A DNA stretch of 64,000 nt from Octopus bimaculoides. Lineage: Eukaryota. Location: contig NC_068982.1 in the NCBI RefSeq assembly GCF_001194135.2, forward strand, positions 56,492,575-56,556,574, read 5' to 3'. A program made the position numbers and the translations under genes. Position 1 is the stretch's first letter. Each line of letters starts with the position of its first letter. Below are positions 1 through 12,420 of the stretch, in pieces. The notes beneath the pieces were generated by a model. That model was not told the DNA's origin, searched no databases, and saw nothing but the letters and a program-made list of their open reading frames with translations.

Positions 1-268
1 ATCGGTCTCTTTTTTTGCCGAGCCGCTAAGTTACTGGGACGTAAACACACCAGCATCGGTTGTCAAGCGATGTTGAGGGGACAAACACAGACACACAAAC
101 ATACACACACACATATATATATACATATATACGACGGGCTTCTTTCAGTTTCCGTCTACCAAATTCACTCACAAGGCTTTGGTCGGCCCGAAGACACTTG
201 CTCAAGGTTCCACGCAGTGGGACTGAAACCGGAACCATGTGGTTGGTAATCAAGCTACTTACCACAGA
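1..268 (-). mobile_element. SINE family A (tRNA-like head, internal microsatellite), partial
   Basis: Reverse complement matches the near-complete copy at 47596-48124 (head motifs ggttcagtcccactgcgtgg and gtgagtg(g/a)atttggtagacggaaactgaaagaagcccgtcg). Confidence 0.8.
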
Positions 269-390
269 GTCACTTCTGTGGGGGGAGGGGTGCGTTCGTG
301 TATATATATATATATATATATATATTCAAATATGAAATAGATCCAGCACTAGTGTAATAAACATTATAATTATCGACCACTTATATTAAA

Positions 391-728
391 CGTATATGCT
401 TCGTATATTTGCCAGTAGGTTGCGATTTGGCGTGGTGAAGAAAACGTTCTCAAAGCGTCGAGTATTAAAGTACCAGGAAGTTATGGACCGGTGAGATAAC
501 TCACCACCAATCCCATTAGGTCTGACATCGATGAACATCGATGTTTAGCCATATTGCACGCGCTGTGCATATAAGTGATGGACCGGCAAGGTGATTCTTT
601 TCCGATCCTGTTCGGCTACGTGATGTTGCCTGTCCATAACTTTCGATGTTCCTAACACCCGGCGGTTTGAGAAAGTTTTCTCCACCACGCCATATCGAGC
701 CTACCGGCTTATACACGGAGTGTATGCA
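391..728. mobile_element. MITE with about 100-bp imperfect terminal inverted repeats
   Basis: 391-488 aligns with the reverse complement of 632-728 (tggcgtggtgaagaaaacgttctcaaa vs tggcgtggtggagaaaactttctcaaa; both end aagttatggac). TTAA lies at 386-389 and 729-732. Confidence 0.7.
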
Positions 729-738
729 TTAAATATAT

Positions 739-948
739 GTGTTTGATAATGTTTATATATACGCGTGTGTGTATGTATGTAAATATATAAGTATATATAT
801 ATATGTATGTTTATATATATATATATACACACACGTACATACATATATACATGCATATATATGTGTGTATGTATGCATATATATATATGTATATGTATGT
901 GAATATATGTATATATGTAATTGTATATATATATATATATATATATAT
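739..948. repeat. compound (TA)n/(TG)n/(CATA)n microsatellite running into an assembly gap (949-1527)
   Basis: Direct reading of the sequence. Confidence 0.95.
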
Positions 949-1928
949 NNNNNNNNNNNNNNNNNNNNNNNNNNNNNNNNNNNNNNNNNNNNNNNNNNNN
1001 NNNNNNNNNNNNNNNNNNNNNNNNNNNNNNNNNNNNNNNNNNNNNNNNNNNNNNNNNNNNNNNNNNNNNNNNNNNNNNNNNNNNNNNNNNNNNNNNNNNN
1101 NNNNNNNNNNNNNNNNNNNNNNNNNNNNNNNNNNNNNNNNNNNNNNNNNNNNNNNNNNNNNNNNNNNNNNNNNNNNNNNNNNNNNNNNNNNNNNNNNNNN
1201 NNNNNNNNNNNNNNNNNNNNNNNNNNNNNNNNNNNNNNNNNNNNNNNNNNNNNNNNNNNNNNNNNNNNNNNNNNNNNNNNNNNNNNNNNNNNNNNNNNNN
1301 NNNNNNNNNNNNNNNNNNNNNNNNNNNNNNNNNNNNNNNNNNNNNNNNNNNNNNNNNNNNNNNNNNNNNNNNNNNNNNNNNNNNNNNNNNNNNNNNNNNN
1401 NNNNNNNNNNNNNNNNNNNNNNNNNNNNNNNNNNNNNNNNNNNNNNNNNNNNNNNNNNNNNNNNNNNNNNNNNNNNNNNNNNNNNNNNNNNNNNNNNNNN
1501 NNNNNNNNNNNNNNNNNNNNNNNNNNCATCCTAGTTTATACCAGTGTTCAGTGAAAACTAAATATATTAGTTTTGCATTGATCTATAAAGGTATTTATAA
1601 ATATTTATGAATGAGAAAAAGAAGAAAATGGAGAAATTGACAAGCAGACATCAGTTTATTTAAAGATATTCAAATCCATATAATGAAATTCCAGTCCTAC
1701 AGCCGTTTCCATATCCAATTAGTTCAATTACAGAAATTAGATTAAATTAAATTAATTTAATTTAAATTGTGATATTGAAACTACTTAATTGGGTATTTCA
1801 TCAGGGAAGAATTTCTCAAAAGAGTTATATTTCAACGTGTTTGTTGACCTAAGATAGACTCATATGAGTGTGCTTTAGAATGTGTGAGTTGTTTAAAAAA
1901 AAACATTATTTTCATATATATGCATATA

Positions 1929-2431
1929 CGAGGGTGAGTCAAAAAATAATGCTATTTTGTTTAGGACAGGCATAATTACCAACACAGGAACATGTATCAT
2001 ACACTCTGTGTGTATACATACATATATATGTGTGCGTGTGTGTGTGTGTGTGTGTGTCTGCAGATATATTTGTGTGTATGTGTACATATTCAGATGTATA
2101 CATACATATATATGTATATATTCAGATGTATACATACATATATAAATATAAGTGTATATATACTACGTGATGAATATTACCTCAACATAGTCACTGTTTC
2201 TTTCAATAGCAATGTTCCACCTTCGAATGAGAGCATGTATCCCTGCCCCGTAAAATTCTGTTAACTGTTCTTTGAGCCACTTCTTCACTCCCTCCACACT
2301 CACCAGATTTGGCACCTTCAGACTATCATCTCTTCGGCGCCACGAAAGAGGGTCTGAGAGGCAAACAGTATTCCAGTGACGAGGAAGCGAAAACTGTCGT
2401 GAAGAAGCGGCTCGAAGAACAGTCAACAGAA
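1929..2431. mobile_element. mariner transposon relic, 3' end with inverted duplication
   Basis: TA followed by TIR-like cgagggtgagtcaaaaa at 1929. Plus strand 2289-2431 encodes PPHSPDLAPSDYHLF...VVKKRLEEQSTE; minus strand 2288-2175 encodes VKKWLKEQLTEFYGAGIHALIRRWNIAIERNSDYVE (mariner transposase C-terminus). Confidence 0.85.
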
Positions 2432-2476
2432 TAAACAAAAGATTTTAGCGTGAGACATTCTTCTATAGTAATGCCC

Positions 2477-2521
<45 letters not shown>

Positions 2522-3099
2522 CGTGTGTGTGTGCGTGTGTATGTGTGTGTGTATATATATATATACACATACATACATACATACACACGACGGGAATCCG
2601 CACAGTTTCCGTCTACAGAGTTCAATGACCACGCATGTGATGACCATGCCGTCAACGTCTATTAGCATAAATCTTCCTCAATGAAGGCAACATCAGCAAC
2701 AGAAACACGCACAAGCGCGCGCGCTCACGCCCCCTCCCACCGACACACACACACACACACACATACGTACACACGCACGCAAACAGACGCAGACATTTAT
2801 TTTCCAGTAAATTTTTAATATACTAATGATAGGATGTGGAGACAATTAAAAAAAGATAACTGGCACACGGAAAAGCCCCCCCCCCAAAAAAAAAAATTAT
2901 TAAATAAATAAATATATAAAATAAATAAATAAAAATTGAAAAAAAAAAAAAAAAAATGTGATAAAATAAATAGAGAAAACAAAATGAAGACCTAAAATAT
3001 AATAGATGATACATAAATGATTTATTTACATCGTATGCGGATATATATAGGTCAGTTTAATAATCCAGATAATGAAAAATGAAAAATGTTTGGTTCGTC

Positions 3100-3555
3100 A
3101 TTTCACGAGTTCAAGTTTACTATTCATCGTCATCACCTTCAGCAACGGCAACAGCATCCCTATCATCTCTTCCACCACTGGCAACATCATCATCATCATC
3201 TTTTTTTTTTTTGTTTGTTTGTTTTGTTTTTAGAGCCATGTCAATATTTGTCAGGATTAAAAAATAACAGATAATCCATTTGATTATCCTCTCTCGTTCG
3301 TTGAAGAAATCTACCAAAGGGCCTCTTCTCCTCTACAATTATCTTCATCATCATCATCATCATCGTCGTCGTCGTTGTTATCATCCTCACCTCCGCCTCC
3401 ACCATCAATAGCACTTTCCTCTCGCTTCTCCTCATCACCATCACCGTCATCATCGTCATGATGATGATGATCATCATCATTATATCATCATCATCATCAT
3501 CATCACCACCACCACCACCACTTCCACCAACACCATCGTCGTCGTCGTCATCATC

Positions 3556-3590
<35 letters not shown>

Positions 3591-3822
3591 TATTGTTGCC
3601 ATAATCAATGTCAGTGTCATCATCATGATGATGGTATCCACTGCCATCATCGCTGTTGTCATAATCATCATCATCATCATCATCATATCATCATAATCAT
3701 CACCATCATCACCACCATTACCACCATTACCACCACTACACCACCACCACTACACCACCACCACTACACCACCAACACTACACCACCACCACTACACCAC
3801 CACCACTACTATCATTACCTTT

Positions 3823-3856
<34 letters not shown>

Positions 3857-4064
3857 TCATCCATCGTAACACAAGATCGTCAGCCACTCTCACTACAAAT
3901 ACAAAAAACCCCCACTCGAACCACCATCCACCACTGCCACCATCATCAGCATCCTCACCACCACTAAACACCAACGACAGCACCCCTTCCAATCACCTTC
4001 CTCCTTCTCCTCCTCATCACCATCATCGTCTTCACCGCCACCACCGCCGCCACCCCCCACAATC

Positions 4065-4096
<32 letters not shown>

Positions 4097-4449
4097 CATC
4101 ATCGGCTCCATTTCTCCACCCAGTCTCTACCCCAGTCATTTTTCCATGCATATTTGGCCCCTGCCACCCCACCCCCACCACTGTTTATCAATGACCGTAT
4201 TGATAACGATATTTATATTTTCAAAAGTTGCCCATGAAAGATAGACTCTAAATCGAAAGAATTATATTTATCTATCATCTCTTCATATCATTAGCTACAT
4301 TATTTATCAAACTATTTATTTCTTCTTTATTATCTTTGTTTCACTATTTCAAACCAAATTTTTGTTTCGTAGTGGCGAGCGGGACAGCATTATTTGATTA
4401 TAAAAGAATAAAGATAACGATTGGAAGAAAAAAAAAATCGACTCGTATG

Positions 4450-4508
<59 letters not shown>

Positions 4509-4518
4509 CATCATTATC

Positions 4519-4560
<42 letters not shown>

Positions 4561-4600
4561 GTTGTTGTTGTTGTTGTTGTTGTTGCTGTTGATGATGTTG
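3100..4600. repeat. block of trinucleotide repeats: (CAT)n, (GTC)n, (CAC)n, (ATT)n, (GTT)n
   Basis: Direct reading; explains the poly-M/H/I/L ORFs. Confidence 0.95.
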
Positions 4601-4746
4601 TTGTTTTCTTATTTTAATTTAGACTTATTTTTAACAATATTTTCTGGCCGATTGCACAAACAAATTTATTGAATATCATTTACCCATGTCAGACCTTTTC
4701 ACCCCACCTTAATGTTCGAATTGATTATTGTGCGTACACACCTACG

Positions 4747-4795
<49 letters not shown>

Positions 4796-5129
4796 ACACA
4801 CAAGCGCATACCCACAGCTTCATACACACTCATGTGTGTTCATGTGTGTATTTAAAGGGAAAATAAAGAAATGAATCCTCTTCAAAACATTGAACTACTT
4901 TTTATCACTATGACTTTTCAGCATAACTCTTGATTACTCCACCAATATTGTTCCTTGAAAATAGTCCCTCATATGCAATATCCGATTTCAATATCAGATT
5001 CGCGTTTGGCCGTACGGCTTTTTAATGTTGTTTTCACTGTCCATTTTTTCCTGTCTTGGTTTGTGTTTGCCACCTTGGAATCCTCTGTTTAGTGGGTCGA
5101 TCCACTACTCAGGAAGAGACTATTCTAGA

Positions 5130-5340
5130 ATGCATTCTGCCTTATCTTCGAAACGCCTAGTTAGAATAGAGGCAGCTGATGAAGGAATAATTCCAAGTGG
5201 CTATCTGTTTTCCTATGTGTTCGTTCCGTTGTCTGTAGTTCATTTTTCTAACGTCGTGTACCCTGATATGCATCTATATACACATGTAGATGTAAGTATG
5301 TACATATATGTGTGTATACATGCATATATATTTTTTGTAA
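5130..5340 (+). mobile_element. dispersed repeat with cgaaacg...ctgatgaagg motif (possibly Penelope-like terminal repeat)
   Basis: Homologous to 41790-42075 (-) and 46020-46240 (+): cttcgaaacgc-N20-ctgatgaagg followed by a shared gtaccc(a/t)g(a/t)tatg(c/t)atctat tail. Confidence 0.6.
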
Positions 5341-6503
5341 TATATATATATATGTATGTATGTATATAGTAGATGGAAAAAATAACGAGAGGAAAATCGC
5401 TAAGTTTGGGTGTGTTATTAAAGATTAAAATATTGTTCGAATTCTTTTTATCGACGTGTAGTCAAACTATTTATGCAAACTATTTCTTGTTATCTTTTTT
5501 AACATGCCTGCAAACGATTGTCGTATATACCCTTGCTGATATTGAATAATGAAAATTGTAGACAACATTTATTCAGTGAGGATTGGATAGAATAAGATAG
5601 TAGCAAAGAAATAATATAAATATATATGCACTAAATAAATAGATGAAAATTTGCTAAGATAAAAGCACTGAAATAGCCTCCTGAAATTTTATAGGGGAAT
5701 GAATATAAATTCATTGAAACGTTTGTAATATGGCGACAAGATAATATTGATGTATTTCCTCACAATGAAAATTTCGAGAAGAATCCATGTAGAAGTAAAA
5801 CTTTGGAAGAAAAGAAAGGATTGAATATATATATTTAAAAAAAAAAAAAAGCGGAAAGAAAATATTGGCAAAAATAGAAAGTAGAATTAAAAAATAAATA
5901 AAATAAGAAAACAATAATAAAATGATAAGGCAAAACAAAGCGATATTGTTTCAGACATAATGTGCGGGTTTAACGGCATTTGTTAGTTAAAGAAGAAAAC
6001 AAAGCCAGATATTTTTGTAAATTTGAAAGTTTCATGGAATTCTCACAGCTACATTATTATTTTTTTTGCAATTTCTTAAAAAATTTTTCAATTTTTTGAC
6101 GTCTTTTTTTCTTCTTTTTCCTTCATTCGGGAAAAAGAATGAGATAATTTGTGGATTTGGTTCGCAACAACCTGACGTGTCTGCGATGTGGATTTATTCG
6201 CTAAACATAACTTTCATTAGCAGTTGCATCCCTTTTATTTCCTATTTTACACCAATTTACACCCATGGGAAGATTGGCAGGAATATACGTCTTATGTTTT
6301 CCTTATTTTAGCCTCTAAAGAAAAGATAGCAAGTCCCCAGAATATTTAGAGCCTCAGACAAAATACTTGCAATCGGCTTTCCGGTATTTGCTCCAGCTCT
6401 TTACGTTCTCAGTTCAATCATTCCTTGAAGTCAACTTTACTGTACATACTTCATCACATGTAAACAAACAAAAAAACAAACAAAAAGAGAAAAATGCTAG
6501 TTA

Positions 6504-6900
6504 AGTGGCTATGCGATAAGAGGCTTGCTTCCCAATTACATGACTCCGGGTTCAGTCCTACTGCGTGGCACCTTGGGCAAGTGTCTATCTCGGACCGACG
6601 CAAACATAAAGGAGGCCGTAGCCGGCAGAGTAGATGGAACAGGGACAACTGACGAAGGGGTATGCTCTTTATATTGCATGTCTCGTTTCTCTGTTTGTTT
6701 GTTTTTTTCGTTGTTCGAAAAAAGTTCATTTTCTGTTTTCGTTTTTATGTTTTCGTTTCTCATTGTGTTTAACGTTTTTTTTTTTGTGATGTCCTGTACC
6801 CATATATGCATGTATGTATACATATAGATGGAGGTATGTACATATATGTATGGATATATGCATATGTTTATATATTATTTATATTATTATATGATCGAAC
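6504..6900 (+). mobile_element. SINE family A head followed by a repeat related to the 5130-5340 family
   Basis: SINE A head at 6504-6590; ctgacgaagg at 6649-6658 followed by a gtcctgtacccatatatgcatg tail like the other copies. Confidence 0.55.
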
Positions 6901-7329
6901 GCCACGCATCCTTTCCCAAGTAATTTATTTATATATATATATATAGTTGATTCAAATGAGCAAACAATTCAGATAAACTAATAAAAATGGACAACGTGAG
7001 GANNNNNNNNNNNNNNNNNNNNNNNNNNNNNNNNNNNNNNNNNNNNNNNNNNNNNNNNNNNNNNNNNNNNNNNNNNNNNNNNNNNNNNNNNNNNNNNNNN
7101 NNNNNNNNNNNNNNNNNNNNNNNNNNNNNNNNNNNNNNNNNNNNNNNNNNNNNNNNNNNNNNNNNNNNNNNNNNNNNNNNNNNNNNNNNNNNNNNNNNCA
7201 AAGGAGAAAGGCAAAAGTCTAAAGAAAAAGAAATCGCCAACGGCACGCTTGTGGTTACATTGCTGGAGTGACCGGAAGTAGAAAGAGAGAGAGAAAGTAG
7301 TTTTTTGGGAGAGAAGAATGTGAAGATGG

Positions 7330-7625
7330 TCAGTATGTGTGTGTGTAGTGTGAAAATAGTCAGTATGTGTGTGTGTATGTGTGTGTGTGTGTATGTGTGT
7401 GTGTGTGTGTGTATGTGTGTGTGTGGTAATATCTTTGTGCTTGTGTTTTGTGTTTATGTGAGTAATAAGTGTGTGTGTGGTGGTATCTGTGTGCGTGTGT
7501 TTTGGGGTTTGTGTGTGGTGGTATCTGTGTGCGTGTGTTTTGGGGTTTGTGTGTGTGGTATGTATGTGCATGTGTGTGTGTGTGTGTGTTTATGAGTGTG
7601 TGTGTCTTTATGAGTGTGTGTGTGT
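7330..7625. repeat. (GT)n-rich tract containing a 38-bp tandem unit
   Basis: ggtggtatctgtgtgcgtgtgttttggggtt recurs at 7479 and 7517. Confidence 0.85.
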
Positions 7626-7970
7626 TTGTCCCGCACCACCGCTTATCAACCAGACTTAAGAAACATAAGTATTGGTACATTTTCTGTTTTAAACGTGTAA
7701 ATTAAAATTCTTCAAGGCGGTGCCCCAACATGGCTGCAGTCTAATGACTGAAACAAATTCACTCACAAAGCATAAGTCAGCCCGGGGCTATAGCAGAATA
7801 TAGTTGCCCAAAGTGCAGCGCATGGTACTGAACCCAAAGCCACGTAGTTGCAAAACAAGTTTCTTAACCACACAGCCAATCATAATTTTGACAGAAATTA
7901 TGGGAACTGTGTAGAAATCCATCGGATTGGGTGTGCCTGGAAGTCAATGGCCGAAACTTGTTACATATAG

Positions 7971-8329
7971 TGTTACACTGATTCTGCCACAGAATGTTAC
8001 ACTGATTCTGTCACAGAATGACCATTGGAATGCAACTAGAAATTCCTCTCCAAAGCACACGCCCGGGCAAAGTAGTTTATGGAAGACCAGTAGTCGCCCA
8101 TGCATACCAGCCTTTCCTCTCCACGCCACCGACGTTATCCAAAAGAAAGGCAAAAGCCGATACAGCTTGGCACAGGTGACGTCACAACTAGTTTCTACAA
8201 CTGAGTGAACTGGAGCAACGTAAAATAAAGTGTCTTACTAAAGAACACAACACACAGCCCGGCCCGGGAATCGTGTTCACAACATCATGATTGTGCGCGG
8301 ACGCTCTAACCACTGAGCCATGCACCTTC
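7971..8329 (-). mobile_element. SINE family E (tRNA-like head) with a 24-bp tandem duplication at its 3' end
   Basis: Reverse complement matches 46853-47187 (gaaggtgcatggctcagt(g/a)gttagagcgtc). Unit tgttacactgattctg(c/t)cacagaa at 7971-7994 and 7995-8018. Confidence 0.8.
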
Positions 8330-8807
8330 GTGCCTCTACAGTGTTGCTCAAATACATGCTACTGGCCACTCTGAGCTATTTTTCTTAAATCACTTTTGTT
8401 TCTTATGCAAATTACCTAGGCCGTAAATCCGTTCTACTCTCTTTTTATACAAGTTCAAGTCCTTTGGCCAGTGAAGATAGAGCCGGAGACTTGGTGCGCC
8501 GATGATCACTTTTAACTCAGACACACGTATCCACATTGTCCTCTTATTTCTTGATAGCAAGCTCGTTCTTTTACTTAACGGCATTTTCATCCTGGAGAAA
8601 ACTTAATCGTTGAAGTTATTCTTTTACTTGTCTGAGTAATTAGACTGTGGCTATGCTGGAGCACCGCTTTGATGTATTTTAGACGAACTAATGGACCCCT
8701 GCACTAATTTAGAAACCTGATAATTAATTTATTGGTCTCTTTTGTCGAACCGCTATGTTACGGAGGCATAGATACAAAAACACTAGTAGTCAGTTGGTGG
8801 TGGGCGA

Positions 8808-8856
<49 letters not shown>

Positions 8857-8858
8857 GT

Positions 8859-9058
8859 AGTGAAAATTTACAAAAAAACAAAAGACGAAGACAGGTGTGT
8901 AAACAACAAACAGATGTATTAGTTTAACGCTCAGGAAATGGAGGAAGTCTTTTACGTTTCGAGCCTACGCTCTTCGACAGAAAGGAATACAGAAATAAAC
9001 AAGGAGAGAAAATAGAAAAAGGTTTTGTTTTTTGTCCGCCGCTACATTCCTCCATGGC
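8859..9058 (-). mobile_element. short repeat carrying a hammerhead-like motif (Penelope-like terminal repeat candidate)
   Basis: Minus strand 8984-8949 reads cttt-ctgtcga-a-gagc(gtag)gctc-gaaa-cg-ta-aaag, with helices I and II paired. Confidence 0.5.
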
Positions 9059-9366
9059 NNNNNNNNNNNNNNNNNNNNNNNNNNNNNNNNNNNNNNNNNN
9101 NNNNNNNNNNNNNNNNNNNNNNNNNNNNNNNNNNNNNNNNNNNNNNNNNNNNNNNNNNNNNNNNNNNNNNNNNNNNNNNNNNNNNNNNNNNNNNNNNNNN
9201 NNNNNNNNNNNNNNNNNNNNNNNNNNNNNNNNNNNNNNNNNNNNNNNNNNNNNNNNNNNNNNNNNNNNNNNNNNNNNNNNNNNNNNNNNNNNNNNNNNNN
9301 NNNNNNNNNNNNNNNNNNNNNNNNNNNNNNNNNNNNNNNNNNNNNNNNNNNNNNTATATATATATA

Positions 9367-9690
9367 TATATATATTATACGACGGGGTTCTTTCAGGTTC
9401 CATCAGCTAAATCCACTCATAAGGTTTTGGCTGGCCCGATGCTATAGTAGTAGACATTTGCCCAGTGTCACGCAGTGGGACTGAACCTGCAACCATATGG
9501 TTCGGAAGCAAGCTTTTTACCATACAGCCACGCCTCTGTGTGTGTGTGTGTTGGTTTGCTTGCTTATGTCTGCGTAACCTAGGGGTTCGGCGAAAAGAAG
9601 CTGATAAAAGCAGTACCAGGTTTTAAAAGATTAAACCGGGAGGTGCTATAGCTTGGCCGCAGTCCAATGACTAAAACTAGTGAAAGATAA
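9367..9690. mobile_element. SINE family A: inverted head (-) joined via (GT)n to a diverged tail (+)
   Basis: 9367-9535 is the reverse complement of the SINE A head; 9560-9690 resembles the SINE A tail (cgtaacctaggggttcggcgaaaag...ggccgcagtccaatgact). Confidence 0.65.
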
Positions 9691-10358
9691 AAAAAAAAAT
9701 TCATATATCTTTTTTTTTCAATACCAGCATTTGTCTACGCAACTCAACAAACAATTAACTTAGTTGATCGAACAACTGAATTCTCATCGTCGAAACCGAC
9801 GGAGATCCATTATTACAGACGGTCTTTTATAACACTCTCTAACATGCTGTGGACAGACACTGAATCATTTATCGTCATTCTTTTACTTATATATATTTTT
9901 TTGCACTCTTCATTGCTGTCTCCTTAGTATAAACGCTTATTGCTTGTTCTTATCGGCATCTAATGCTTTAAGTGGGATCCTATTGACCACTTTAATGATT
10001 TTTATCTAGAGGTGAAATGTCTTAGCTTTGACTCCTACACACAGAAACTATACCCTCCCTCTTCCGCAACAACCCTTTGCCTCTCTTCTTTCCCCATTTT
10101 TTCACCTCGCCACACAAACCGCTAACACACGCGCATTTACGCATACACACACGCATACACATATTAGAACGCGCGCTCATACAAACTTCTCTTTCTTTCT
10201 GTCTGTCTGTCTGTCTCCCTCTCTTTCTCTCTCTCTCCCTCTGTGTCTCATTCACTCGCACACGCCTTGCCCATAAATGCCATAATCGATTTCTCATTAC
10301 CATCACGGCTGGTTCAGTCCGTAAGCAAGCCGTTATCTCCTAGATCTGACCTATCCTC

Positions 10359-10393
<35 letters not shown>

Positions 10394-10833
10394 TCGCTCA
10401 CATACACACACACACACGTATAGTCCAAACACACAGACGCGCGCGCACACACACACACATGGCTATCTATGGCAAAGTCACAAAAAAGCAGGCAGATGAG
10501 TTCGCGAGCACATTGCTATAGAGAAATATGTAATGGACTTAACACACAAAAGCTCGCGCTCATAAAGCGTACAAGCTGAAGTGCACACATGCATCATATT
10601 CACACATGTCTACATACATACAAACATACATACATACATACATACACACACGCACACACACATGTTCAGGTGGTGCTATTAAGTCAGTCATGTCCAGGAC
10701 CGATAATGGTCGAAAGCAATCTGAATTATATATACATGTACGTATATATGCATATACTCACATATTATTTGTATTATATATATATAAACATACATATGTA
10801 TTATGCTCAGAATCTTTGAGTTGCATAGAAGAA

Positions 10834-10835
<2 letters not shown>

Positions 10836-10920
<85 letters not shown>

Positions 10921-10977
10921 TTGTTTGTCTGTCTGTCTATATCTATATCTGTATATATACATACATACATACATACC

Positions 10978-11055
<78 letters not shown>

Positions 11056-11108
11056 GGTATATATGTATGTATGTATATATAGAGATGTAGATATATACAG
11101 ACAGACAA

Positions 11109-11143
<35 letters not shown>

Positions 11144-11144
11144 T

Positions 11145-11212
<68 letters not shown>
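10836..11212. repeat. compound microsatellite (TATC)n-(CATA)n-(CA)n|(TG)n-(TATG)n-(GATA)n followed by (GA)n
   Basis: Direct reading; the two halves are mirror images (see findings). Confidence 0.9.
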
Positions 11213-11214
<2 letters not shown>

Positions 11215-11370
11215 GCAGACGTGGCTGTGTGGTGAGAAGTTTGCTTTCCATCCACATGGTTTTCGGGTTCAGTTCTACTGCGTGGCATGATGAGCAAGTG
11301 TATTCTACTACAGCCACGGGCCGACCGAAGCCTTGTGAGTGGATTTGGCAGACAGAATCTGAAAGAAGCT
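11215..11370 (+). mobile_element. SINE family A head
   Basis: gtggctgtgtggtgagaagtttgc...gccttgtgagtggatttggcagacag. Further partial copies at about 14190-14420, 14755-14882, 17645-17900 and 24200-24282. Confidence 0.8.
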
Positions 11371-11616
11371 TGTTGCGTCCGCGTGCGTGTAAAGTAATCT
11401 GCTACAAATTTACAAAGCGCTTATGTTTTTCTTCTCTGCACATGTTCAAAGTGGAACCGATATCAGCACTTTAGGAGGCGTACCACTGAGGGTTATCTTC
11501 TGTGGTCATTATATCTGTTAGAAATCGCAGCCAACTCTCATTCAAATCGTAATACATATACAGATCTACAGGTTTATACATAAATAGATCTGTGGTTGAT
11601 GGTGATACCTCTACAC

Positions 11617-12037
11617 CAGAGCCGGATTAAAACCCATAGAGGCCCTATACACTTAAAAAATTTTGGTGCCCTCACATATATAGAATTCAAAATATAAACA
11701 ATAATGAAACATAGTATAAATTTTTATTTTCAAAACGAATCAAAACTAACAGTAAGATCGAAAATACTGTCTATTTTTGTATACTTCCACTTCACTTATA
11801 TTTGAAAAGTTTTCTCCCACTTTTTTTGAATTGCAGTCTTTCATCAGCTCCTGAAAGTTAATCTCACGTAACACATCTGCTTCTATACTTAGTAGCGATA
11901 AGGCATCCCGAATATTATTTTAGCAAGTTTAAAGTGATTTCTTTTGTGCTGTAAACCATTTATCATTTCTGTGGTGCTCTACTTCCCTTGATGCTCTAAG
12001 AACATGCTTATTTTGCTTAATGGTTAATCCAGTGCTG
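11617..12037. mobile_element. hAT-type MITE
   Basis: TIRs cagagccggattaa / ttaatccagtgctg; perfect 8-bp TSD CTCTACAC at 11609-11616 and 12038-12045. Confidence 0.85.
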
Positions 12038-12420
12038 CTCTACACCATAGGAGACATCTAGGTGCGCGGTTGATTTTCGAAAGTATATTTTAAAACTTTA
12101 TATAATTCCTGCTAATGCATGAAAAACTTGTAAAAAAACAAAAGTTATTAATAGTTTTCAGTATTTCCGTAAATATCTTTTTGTAAGTTTAATATGTTTT
12201 GTATTTTTTAAACTATTCATGCATATTGCACTAATAATCTGATATGCAGAGTGCCACGAAGTCAAAAACTATTTGAGAACAACTATTGAGAACAATAATA
12301 TAGACAGATATATAACTTGTCTGTATATACAATTTCTGCTAACGTATCAGTAAGTTATTAATTTGTGTATAGGAGAGTTCATATAAGAATTCGACCAGTT
12401 CAATATCTAGTAATAGCAAA

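Noticed and set aside
739-1610. Long ORFs of 229-271 aa (and similar ones at 6929, 8924, 24157, 34762, 40062 and 48573)
   Set aside because: They are open only because they run through N gaps and (TA)n/(CA)n repeats.
3079-4672. Poly-Met/His/Ile/Leu ORFs
   Set aside because: Translations of trinucleotide microsatellites, with no splice or domain support.
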